64,000 nt of DNA from Nemertoderma westbladi (lineage: Eukaryota > Animalia > Xenacoelomorpha), in the NCBI GenBank assembly GCA_032718475.1, contig JAUCBJ010006256.1, forward strand, positions 9,229 to 73,228. Direction: 5' to 3'. Under the pieces are notes generated by a model, which searched no databases, was not told the DNA's origin, and worked only from the letters and a program-made list of their open reading frames with translations. This document shows, piece by piece, positions 50,885 through 61,985 of the stretch. The translations under genes and the position numbers were made by a program. How positions within the stretch are numbered: position 1 is the stretch's first letter; every line of letters begins with the position of its first letter.

Positions 50885-51358
50885 TTTAAAATTGTGTGAG
50901 AGTCCACAATTGGCTCGACACGAGACGTCAGATGGGTAGCGTTATCATACCCATAGGGAGCGGTCTGGAAAGCCGACTCCAAGAAAATAACTCCACCCCA
51001 CACCCGATAGTGGATCGAGTTTCCAGCGGAATTGTAGCGCACTATAGGTGGATGCTATCTTCTCACCGGGAAGATAGCATGGGGGGGAGTGTGAGCGTAT
51101 TCAATTCCGCCACACTAAACCCCATAAAGTTGGCGTTAAGCAATATTGGGAACACGAGGTTGATTGCCAATATCAACCTCGTATCACCCCAACAAAATGG
51201 GAAGGAGAAACCCCAGAGAACATACACACAATGGGGGTCAGGGGTTACACCTCTGAGAGAGAGGGAACAACGGCAGGAGTAAAGGGAAACACTCCAGGGA
51301 GGTGAAAGAGCGACAATTAGGTTATCAGCCAATGGGGGGCAAGCATCGACTGAGTAAC
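50885..51358 (-). other. Multi-hairpin, putatively structured RNA segment (possible retroelement leader or LTR)
   Basis: Several 7-20-bp stems, e.g. 51052-51080 and 51146-51192; some G-U pairs favour the minus strand. Confidence 0.45.
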
Positions 51359-51669
51359 ACGGCCAAACCTAGAGTAGTATATTACTGGTCGGTGTTGCTC
51401 ATTCATTCAGTTTACCCAGTACAGTCACGGCAGTACGGTGACAGTTAAGACCGTCACCACCGTCACCATATTACCGGTCATTTATTGTGCAGCCATCATT
51501 AGTGCTATCTGCTATTGTACCTATGTTATCTCAATTTTATACCATTAACGATATCAGAACAACAACTCTTTTCATTCACACGGCGGGGACGCGTACGTAA
51601 ACAACACCGGATAAACCGGGATCCTCGGATCCCGTCACACCTATTGAAATTACTATTACTATATATAAT

Positions 51670-52192
51670 GAAAGGTCGATTATCTCAAAATATTTTTTTT
51701 ATGAAATTGTCAACTTCAAAACCCTACTACTTCTACAATTTTTAAGCAATTAGTCTGAAACTTTCTGTGGGTGTCTACATAGCCACCCTGCATAAAAGTA
51801 TCAGACAATTATTTGTTAATAAAATTTAATACTATTTATAACAAACCTAAAAATTAGGCATAAATTTGCAGCGCCACCTAGCGGTGCAGAATTATTTTCA
51901 CAAAATTTCGCCTGACAGTTATGTTGCCCCATCTTTGATCTATCATATAAAAAAAACTTTCATGTGATTAGATTCAAAACTGTAAAAGCCTTAGGGTTTT
52001 AAGCGCAACCAAGTTTTTTTTGTTGTTAACTAGGATTAACTAATATTAAATAGCGAAAAATAAAAATTTTCGAACCTGTCATGTAGAATAGCATCTTAGG
52101 CACCAATATTCAAAATTATAGCCAAAACCAAACAATTTTGAAACGCTGAGAATGATAAATCGAAGAGTTGTCCGAAAATGGTGTACCCCCCC
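51670..52192. mobile_element. Fragment of a TTAA-flanked (Kolobok-like) DNA element
   Basis: Right end GAAAATGGTGTACCCCCCC|TTAA (YY|TTAA); left TIR not found. Confidence 0.35.
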
Positions 52193-52504
52193 TTAAGCTG
52201 CAATACAGCAATACTGTACTCTGAACTCAAATAATGCAATGCAATAGGTAGATAAAGGCTGAGTGGTTTTGAGGGCTTCGATACCGGTGAGGCAATCTGT
52301 GAGTTTATAATTATGAATTTATTCATTTAATCAATGTTCATCACCATGAATTTAATTAATCGTAGTGTCAAAAGACGCGCAAGACTCACCGTTTTCAATT
52401 GATATAAACCACGTGTGAAATGATTGAGATTAAATGTGTATTAGAATGGATCTAAAATCACCCTCGATAGAAAACAATATAAAAATTATCTGAGCATTGC
52501 ATAG

Positions 52505-52582
52505 TGACGTCAAATCTGTAGCAGCCAATCACAGCAGATTTTCAAAATCGGCTTCCCGCTCTTACTCAAACCCGCCATTTTG
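52505..52582. promoter_or_regulatory. Promoter-like motif cluster (CRE, CCAAT, YY1)
   Basis: TGACGTCA at 52505, CCAATCA at 52525, CGCCATTTTG at 52573; could be TE-internal. Confidence 0.3.
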
Positions 52583-53384
52583 AACGTTTCCGCGTGTTTT
52601 TACAAAAAAGACACCCCGCCAGTCGATTCAGGGCACCTTGTTACCCCTTATTCGATTGTTTCTAGACAATGTCTACAATGTTTTCACGCACCAACCTTAT
52701 TATAATAAAATACCAAATATCAACGATAATAAAATTATGAAGTAATTTAAAATTTAATTACATTTATAGGATATACTTTATGGAACTAACTTACATGTTG
52801 TTGATGTACGACCAACCTACATGATGGTTGCTTGCTTGTGTTTGACGAAGTGGGCTTCCCTTACAAAATTGATATGTTGTAGTTTCATTTATTTTATGAA
52901 ATCTCCCCAACCAACACAAACACACAAAGGGTGTTTATGACAGCCCTGCTTCCTGGGATTTGTAAAACTGTTCTCTGATTGGTCAATTCTTGGGCAGTTC
53001 TTCCTGCATCCCATATTTTACAGGAATAATTCAACAAAAGTTTCCTCATTCTGAGTTGATTAGGGACACGTGTGCAATAATTCTAAAAGAACTTTGGCCT
53101 ATTTACTTCTTTAATACTATCATGGGTCGCTGGTATAATTGTGTTCGATTGTAATATTTTGGGGAATTGGGTTCAACAAACGATATAACAGTTCAGTCAA
53201 TATAATAACAAAAGGTAAGCGTCAGTTTTATTACCGGTTGCTATTGCTAAACTTTTTCATGAAATTATGACTCGTGGGAAAATATATTCTGTAACAGAAA
53301 CTGCGGTGCTTGATGTTGTTACAAAGTGGCGATAAATGTTGTCACACATTCTGCTATATGTTGCCACAGAGTGGCGCTGTGAAT

Positions 53385-53630
53385 ACAGTTGGGGTTTATG
53401 TTGCTAGACATTTGGGGTTTACGTTGCTAGACATTTGGGGTTTATGTTGCTAGACAGTTGGGGTTTATTTTGCTAGACATTTGGGGTTCATGTAGCTAGA
53501 CATTTGGGATTTATTTTGCGACAGTTGGGCTTTTTGTTGCGACAGTTGGGCTTTTTGCTGTGACAGTTGGGGTTTTAGATGAGACAGGGTTTATGTTGCT
53601 AGATATTTGGGGCTTATGGTGCTAGACAGT
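53385..53630. repeat. ~23-bp degenerate tandem repeat
   Basis: CATTTGGGGTTTATGTTGCTAGA units. Confidence 0.85.
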
Positions 53631-55222
53631 GTGTACCTTAATGCTGCCACATGAGGATTACACATTTCATACGCATTACGGTACTAAGGTAGAACTAATA
53701 AAGTAGTATAAACCTCTAACTTTTTGATTTTGTCTGTTTTTTAAAATGAGTCTGTTTTTATTTTTATTTCATATTTTGTGCCATATTTTGTCATACCAAT
53801 TCTATCTGTGTCTTATTGAGGGGCGACAACTGTAAGTGTTCCTTTGTACCTGTTTATACTCGTGCAATAACCTAGTTGTTTTTTACTACCATATGTTTTT
53901 CTCCTCTGTTTTAAACATTTGTGATTAAATAATAAAAATAATAAGTTAGCAGGGTCTTGAGGAATAAAAAACTAATAAATAAAAATAATAATATAATATC
54001 TGCAGCTTCTAGAAGATTTAATTATTTAATAACTAAAAACTAGTAATTATTTTAAGTGTTTCAGTATAATTTAGATTTATATATATGACTTTGTAGTCTG
54101 AAAACCTGGAGCGGTGTACAGCATGACAATTTGTTTCATCTAATGGATGTAATATTTCAATCTATTTTGTCGATCGTACTTTATACTATTGTACAGTTTA
54201 GTACTGGTTATTGAAAATTACTTAAAAGCACATATAATCTAAAAATGTTTAAAATTGAAACCGAACTGTTAATTATAGATATATTTATTGATGGTTCAAA
54301 GTTCAATCAAATATTTAATAATCTGCAACATCAAGGCACTAAAACTGCGCCTCATACCAGTGAGACTTGCACAGAGCGGCTAGACACTGAGTTCAGATAA
54401 CCGCAGAACACCTTCGAGAAACCGAAACCATGTCCCCTGCAAGACCGTGCTAGTTATAATAATTATAATATTTATTAAACGCTCTTCTCATAACTACAAC
54501 TACCAGACAATATAATATGTGTTGGTTCTATCCGCAATTATATTGCGTTATTCGTTCCCTGTGAAGCTAATTTATTCTATCTCTATCACTCCTAGCATAT
54601 CCAACCATTATCCCACAATATATTTATTGTTACCCATGATTGTATAGCGTACACAAACTCAACCACACATGTGTCTTATTAATAATAATGTACCCAGATG
54701 TTAGCTGGTATTGTTCGCTCGTGTATATAATGTGAATGTCGGCGCAAACTTAATTCTTCGGTTTTTAATCTTGCCAGGATGGCGCGGGTAATCCTTTAAT
54801 TAGATTATGACATTGAAACAGCGATATACTCGATCCATCAAACGATTTGGGGTATTAATTTTGGGCACGTAATGTGGCCCAATGGACCTGGAAGCAGGTG
54901 TCTAGTCGCCTATCACGCAAGCCTCTTAACGAAATTAAGTATTAACATCCTACACCATATAACATGGCCTATATATAACAATTCATAAGACCCAACTGCC
55001 AACTTAAGCCACTGCTAGAGAGTGTCAATCTATTATTATTAATCGTCCATGAATCATCCTGCACATACAGAATAATGAATAACCAAGTTGGAATCAGCAG
55101 AATAACCCTACATGTGAATAAGATCTCCGAATTCGTAAAGGAAAAACCTGGTCAGCAATCCACAGCCGTCCAGTTTCTGGAAGACCTGTGATATATCTCA
55201 CGCTCTAAAGATACGCTTTTGC

Positions 55223-55345
55223 CATGCAGCGGTGGAGTCTGTGCGCTACGGCATGCAGCGGTGGAGTCTGTGCTCTACGGCATGCAGCGGTGGAGTCTGT
55301 GCGCTACGGCATGCAGCGGTGGAGTCTGTGCGCTACGGCATGCAG
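55223..55345. repeat. 29-bp tandem repeat x4
   Basis: CATGCAGCGGTGGAGTCTGTGCGCTACGG. Confidence 0.95.
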
Positions 55346-55350
55346 TTGTT

Positions 55351-58300
55351 GGGCAGTCCGTGCTGGGCAGTCCGTGCTAGGCAGTCCGTGCTGGGCAGTC
55401 CGTACTGGGCAGTCCGTGCTGGGCAGTCCGTGCTAGGCAGTCCGTGCTGGGCAGTCCGTGCAGGGCAGTCCGTGCAGGGCAGTCCGTGCAGGGCAGTCCG
55501 TGCTGGGCAGTCCGTGCTAGGCAGTCCGTGCTGGGCAGTCCGTGCTGGGCAGTCCGTGCTAGGCAGTCCGTGCTGGGCAGTCCGTACTGGGCAGTCCGTG
55601 CTGGGCAGTCCGTGCTAGGCAGTCCGTGCTGGGCAGTCCGTGCTGAGCAGTCCGTGCTGGGCAGTCCGTGCTGAGCAGTCCGTGCTGGGCAGTCCGTGTT
55701 GGGCAGTCCGAGTTGGGCAGTCCGTGCTGGGCAGTCCGTGCTGGGCAGTCCGTGCTGAGCAGTCCGTGCTGGGCAGTCCGTGCTGGGCAGTCGCTGGGCA
55801 GTCAGTGCTGGGCGTGGGCAGTACGTGCTGGGCAGTCCGTGCTGGGCAGTCCGTGCAGGGCAGTCCGTGCTGGGCAGTCCGTGCTGAGCAGTCCGTGCTG
55901 GGCAGTCCGTGCTGGGCAGTCCGTGCAGGGCAGTCCGTGTTGGGCAGTCCGTCCTGGGCAGTCCGTGCAGGGCAGTCCGTGCTGGGCAGTCCGTGCTGAG
56001 CAGTCCGTGCTGGGCAGTCCGTGCTGGGCAGTCCGTGCAGGGCAGTCCGTGTTGGGCAGTCCGTCCTGGGCAGTCCGTGCAGGGCAGTCCGTGCTCGGCA
56101 GTCCGTGCTGGGCAGTGCGTGCTGAGCAGTCCGTGCTGGGCAGTCCGTGCTGGGCAGTCCGTGCAGGGCAGTCCGTGTTGGGCAGTCCGTCCTGGGCAGT
56201 CCGTGCAGGGCAGTCGCTGGGCAGTCAGTGCTGGGCGTGGGCAGTACGTGCTGGGCAGTCCGTGCTGGGCAGTCCGTGCAGGGCAGTCCGTGCTGGGCAG
56301 TCCGTGCTGGGCAGTCCGTGCTGGGCAGTCCGTGCAGGGCAGTCCGTGCTGGGCAGTCCGTGCTCGGCAGTCCGTGCTGGGCAGTCCGTGCTGTGCAGTC
56401 CGTACTGGGCAGTCCGTGTTAGGCAGTCCGTGTAGGGCAGTCCGTGCTGGGCTGTCCGTGCTGGGCAGTCCGTGCTCGGCAGTCCGTGCTGTGCAGTCCG
56501 TACTGGGCAGTCCGTGTTAGGCAGTCCGTGTAGGGCAGTCCGTGCTGGGCAGTCCGTGCTGGGCAGTCCGTGCTCGGCAGTCCGTGCTGGGCAGTCCGTG
56601 CTGTGCAGTCCGTACTGGGCAGTCCGTGTTAGGCAGTCCGTGAAGGGCAGTCCGTGCTGGGCAGTCCGTGCTGGGCAGTCCGTGCTCGGCAGTCCGTGCA
56701 GGGCAGTCCGTGTTGGGCAGTCCGTGCTGTGCAGTCCGTACTGGGCAGTCCGTGTTAGGCAGTCCGTGTAGGGCAGTCCGTGCTGGGCAGTCCGTGCTGG
56801 GCAGTCCGTGCTGGGCAGTCCGTGCTGGGCAGTCCGTGCTGGGCAGTCCGTGCAGGGCAGTCCGTGCTGGGCAGTCCGTACTGGGCAGTCCGTACTGGGC
56901 AGTCCGTGCTGGGCAGTCCGTGCTCGGCAGTCCGTGCTGGGCAGTCCGTGCTGGGCAGTCCGTACTGGGCAGTCCGTGTTAGGCAGTCCGTGTAGGGCAG
57001 TCCGTGCTAGGCAGTCCGTGCTGGGCAGTCCGTGCTGTGCAGTCCGTACTGGGCAGTCCGTGTTAGGCAGTCCGTGTAGGGCAGTCCGTGCTGGGCAGTC
57101 CGTGCTAGGCAGTCCGTGCTGGGCAGTCCGTGCTGAGCAGTCCGTACTGGGCAGTCCGTGTTGGGCAGTCCGTGTAGGGCAGTCCGTGCTGGGCTGTCAG
57201 TACTAGGCAGTCCGTGCAGGGCAGTCGCTGGGCAGTCAGTGCTGGGCGTGGGCAGTACGTGCTGGGCAGTCCGTGCTGGGCAGTCCGTGCTGGGCAGTAC
57301 GTGTTGGGCAGTCCGTGCTGGGCAGTCCATGCAGGGCAGTCGCTGCGCAGTCAGTGCTGGGCGTGGGCAGTCCGTGCTGGGCAGTCCGTGCTGGGCAGTC
57401 CGTGTTGGGCAGTCCGTGCTGGGCAGTCCGTGCAGGGCAGTCGCTGGGCAGTCAGTGCTGGGCGTGGGCAGTACGTGCTGGGCAGTCCGTGCTGGGCAGT
57501 CCGTGCTGGGCAGTCCGTGTTGGGCAGTCCGTGCTGGGCAGTCCATGCAGGGCAGTCGCTGGGCAGTCAGTGCTGGGCGTGGGCAGTACGTGCTGGGCAG
57601 TCCGTGCTAGGCAGTCCGTGCTGGGCAGTTCGTGCAGGGCAGTCCGTGCTGGGCAGTCCTGCAGGGCAGTCGCTGGGCAGTCAGTGCTGGGCGTGGGCAG
57701 TACGTGCTGGGCAGTCCGTGCTAGGCAGTCCGTGTTGGGCAGTCCGTGCTGGGCAATCCGTGCTCGGCAGTCCGTGCTGGGCAGTCCGTGCTGGGCAGTC
57801 CGTGCTGGGCAGTCCGTGCAGGGCAGTCGCTGGGCAGTCAGTGCTGAGCAGTCCGTACTGGGCAGTCCGTGTTGGGCAGTCCGTGTAGGGAAGTCCGTGC
57901 TGGGCGTGGGCAGTACGTGCTGGGCAGTCCGTGCTAGGCAGTCCGTGCTGGGCAGTCCGTGCTGAGCAGTCCGTACTGGGCAGTCCGTACTGGGCAGTCC
58001 GTGCAGGGCAGTCCGTGCTGGGCAGTCCGTGCTCGGCAGTCCGTGCTGGGCAGTCCGTGCTGTGCAGTCCGTACTGGGCAGTCCGTACTGGGCAGTCCGT
58101 GTTGGGCAGTCCGTGTAGGGCAGTCCGTGCTGGGCAGTCCGTGCTCGGCAGTCCGTGCTGTGCAGTCCGTGCTGAGCAGTCCGTACTGGGCAGTCCGTGT
58201 TGGGCAGTCCGTGCTGGGCAGTCCGTGCAGGGCAGTCCGTGCTGGGCAGTCCGTGCTGGGCAGTCCGTGCTGAGCAGTCCGTACTGGGCAGTCCGTACTG

Positions 58301-61300
58301 GGCAGTCCGTGTTGGGCAGTCCGTGCTGGGCAGTCCGTGCAGGGCAGTCCGTGCTGGGCAGTCCGTGCTGGGCAGTCCGTGCTGAGCAGTCCGTACTGGG
58401 CAGTCCGTACTGGGCAGTCCGTGTTGGGCAGTCTGTGCTGGGCAGTCCGTACTGGGCAGTCCGTGCTGGGCAGTCCGTGCTCAGCAGTCCGTACTGGGCA
58501 GTCCGTACTGGGCAGTCCGTGTTGGGCAGTCTGTGCTGGGCAGTCCGTGCAGGGCAGTCCGTGCTGGGCAGTCCGTGCTGGGCAGTCCGTGCTCGGCAGT
58601 CCGTGCTGGGCAGTCCGTGCTGTGCAGTCCGTACTGGGCAGTCCGTGTTGGGCAGTCCGTGTAGGGCAGTCCGTGCTGGGCAGTCCGTGCTGGGCAGTCC
58701 GTGCTGGGCAGTCCGTGCTTGGCAGTCCGTGCTGGGCAGTCCGTGCTGTGCAGTCCGTACTGGGCAGTCCGTGTTGGGCAGTCCGTGTAGGGCAGTCCGT
58801 GCTGGGCTGTCCGTGCTGGGCAGTCCGTACTGGGCAGTCCGTGTTGGGCAGTCCGTGCAGGGCAGTCCGTGTTGGGCAGTCCGTGTAGGGCAGTCCGTGC
58901 TGGGCTGTCCGTGCTGGGCAGTCCGTGCTGGGCAGTCCGTGCTGTGCAGTCCGTACTGGGCAGTCCGTGTTGGGCAGTCCGTGTAGGGCAGTCCGTGCTG
59001 GGCAGTCCGTGCTGGGCAGTCCGTACTGGGCAGTCCGTGTTGGGCAGTCCGTGTTGGGCAGTCCGTGTAGGGCAGTCCGTGCTGGGCAGTCCGTGCTCGG
59101 CAGTCCGTGCTGTGCAGTCCGTGCTGAGCAGTCCGTACTGGGCAGTCCGTGTTGGGCAGTCCGTGCTGGGCAGTCCGTGCAGGGCAGTCCGTGCAGAGCA
59201 GTCCGTGCAGGGCAGTCCGTGCAGGGCAGTCCGTACTGGGCAGTCCGTGTTGGGCAGTCCGTACTGGGCAGTCCGTGTTGGGCAGTCCGTGCTGGGCAGT
59301 CCGTACTGGGCAGTCCGTGTTGGGCAGTCCGTGCTGGGCAGTCCGTACTGGGCAGTCCGTGCTGGGCAGTCCGTGCTGAGTAGTCCGTACTGGGCAGTAC
59401 GTGCTGGGCAGTCCGTGCAGGGCAGTCCGTGCTGTGCAGTCCGTACTGGGCAGTCCGTGCTGGGCAGTCCGTGCAGGGCAGTCCGTGCTGGGCAGTCCGT
59501 GCAGGGCAGTCCGTGCTGGGCAGTCCGTACTGGGCAGTCCGTACTGGGCAGTCCGTGCTGGGCAGTCCGTACTGGGCAGTCCGTGCTGGGCAGTCCGTGC
59601 TGAGTAGTCCGTACTGGGCAGTACGTGCTGGGCAGTCCGTGCTGGGCAGTCCGTACTGGGCAGTCCGTGCTGGGCAGTCCGTGCTGAGCAGTCCGTACTG
59701 GGCAGTACGTGCTGGGCAGTCCGTGCAGGGCAGTCCGTGCTGTGCAGTCCGTACTGGGCAGTCCGTGTTGGGCAGTCCGTGTTGGGCAGTCCGTGCTGGG
59801 CAGTCCGTGCTGGGCAGTCCGTGCTGGGCAGTCCGTGCTCGGCAGTCCGTACTGGGCAGTCAATGCTGGGCAGTCCGTGCTCGCCAGTCCGTGCTGGGCA
59901 GTCCGTGCTGAGCAGTCCGTGCTGGGCAGTCCGTGCAGGGCTGTCGCTGGGCAGTCAGTGCTGGGCGTGGGCAGTACGTGCTGGGCAGTCCGTGCTGGGC
60001 AGTCCGTGCTGGGCAGTCCGTGTTGGGCAGTCCGTGTTGGGCAGTCCGTGCTGGGCAGTCCGTGCAGGGCAGTCGCTGCGCAGTCAGTGCTGGGCGTGGG
60101 CAGTACGTGCTGGGCAGTCTGTGCTGGGCAGTCAGTGCTGGGCAGTCCGTGCAGGGCAGTCCGTGTTGGGCAGTCCGTGTAGGGCAGTCCGTGCTGGGCT
60201 GTCAGTACTAGGCAGTCCGTGCAGGGCAGTCGCTGGGCAGTCAGTGCTGGGCATGGGCAGTACGTGCTGGGCAGTCCGTGCTGGGCAGTCCCTGTTGGGC
60301 AGTCCGTGCTGGGCAGTCCGTGCAGGGCAGTCGCTGGGCAGTCAGTGCTGGGCGTGGACAGTACGTGCTGGGCAGTCCGTGCTGGGCAGTCCGTGTTGGG
60401 CAGTCCGTGCTGGGCAGTCCGTGCAGGGCTGTCGCTGGGCAGTCAGTGCTGGGCGTGGGCAGTACGTGCTGGGCAGTCCGTGCTGGGCAGTCAGTGCTGG
60501 GCAGTCCGTGCAGGGCAGTCCGTGCTGGGCAGTCCGTGCAGGGCAGTCGCTGGGCAGTCAGTGCTGGGCGTGGGCAGTACGTGCTGGGCAGTCCGTGCTA
60601 GGCAGTCCGTGCTGGGCAGTCCGTGCTGAGCAGTCCGTGCTGGGCAGTCCGTGCTGGGCAGTCCGTGCAGGGCAGTCCGTGCTGGGCAGTCCGTGCTGGG
60701 CAATCCGTGCTCGGCAGTCCGTGCTGGGCAGTCCGTGCTGGGCAGTCCGTGCTGGGCAGTCCGTGCTGGGCAGTCCGTGCAGGGCAGTCGCTGGGCAGTC
60801 AGTGCTGAGCAGTCGGTACTGGGCAGTCCGTGATGGGCAGTCCGTGTAGGGAAGTCCGTGCTGGGCGTGGGCAGTACGTGCTGGGCAGTCCGTGCTGGGC
60901 AGTCCGTGCTGGGCAGTCCGTGCTGGGCAGTCCGTGCTCGGCAGTCCGTGCTGGGCAGTCCGTGCTGAGCAGTCCGTACTGGGCAGTCCGTGATGGGCAG
61001 TCCGTGTAGGGCAGTCCGTGCTGGGATGTCAGTACTAGGCAGTCCGTGCAGGGCAGTCAGTGCTGGGCAGTCCGTGCAGGGCAGTCGCTGGGCAGTACGT
61101 GCTGGGCAGTCCGTGCTGGGCAGTCCGGGTTGGGCAGTCCGTACTGGGCAGTCAGTGCTGGGCGTGGGCAGTACGTGCTGGGCAGTCCGTGCTGGGCAGT
61201 CAGTGTTGGGGGCAGTCCGTACTGGGTAGTCCGTGCAGGGCAGTCGCTGGGCAGTCAGTGCTGGGCGTGGGCAGTACGTGCTGGGCAGTCCGTGCTGGGC

Positions 61301-61985
61301 AGTCCGTGCTGGGCAGTCCGTGTTGGGCAGTCCGTGCTGGGTAGTCCGTGCAGGGCAGTCGCTGGGCAGTCAGTGCTGGGCGTGGGCAGTACGTGCTGGG
61401 CAGTCCGTGCTGGGCAGTCCGTGCTGGGCAGTCCGTGCAGGGCAGTCCGTGCTGGGCAGTCCGTGCAGGGCAGTCGCTGGGCAGTCAGTGCTGGGCGTGG
61501 GCAGTACGTGCTGGGCAGTCCGTGCTGGGCAGTCCGTGTTGGGCAGTCCGTACTGGGCAGTCCGTGCTGGGCAGTCCGTGCTGGGCAGTCAGTGCTGGGC
61601 AGTCAGTACTGGGCAGTCCGAGTTGGGTAGTCCGTGCTGGGCAGTCCGTACTGGGCAGTCCGTGCTGGGCAGTCCGTGTTGGGCAGTCCGTGCTGGGCAG
61701 TCCGTACTGGGCAGTCCGTGTTGGGCAGTCCGTGCTGGGCAGTCCGTACTGGGCAGTCCGTGTTGGGTAGTCCGTGCTGGGCAGTCCGTACTGGGCAGTC
61801 CGTGCTGGGCAGTCCGTGTTGGGCAGTCCGAGTTGGGCAGTCAGTGCTGGGCAGTCCGTACTGGGCAGTCCGTGTTGGGCGTCCGTGCTGGGCAGTCCGT
61901 TCTGGGCAGTCAGTGCTGGGCAGTCAGTACTGGGCGTGGGCAGTCCCTGCTGGGCAGTACGTGCTGGGCAGTCCCTGCTGGGCAG
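55351..61985. repeat. GC-rich 14-bp satellite (GGGCAGTCCGTGCT)n, about 470 copies, with higher-order variants
   Basis: Direct inspection; explains all ORFs between 55.2 and 62.1 kb. Confidence 0.98.
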
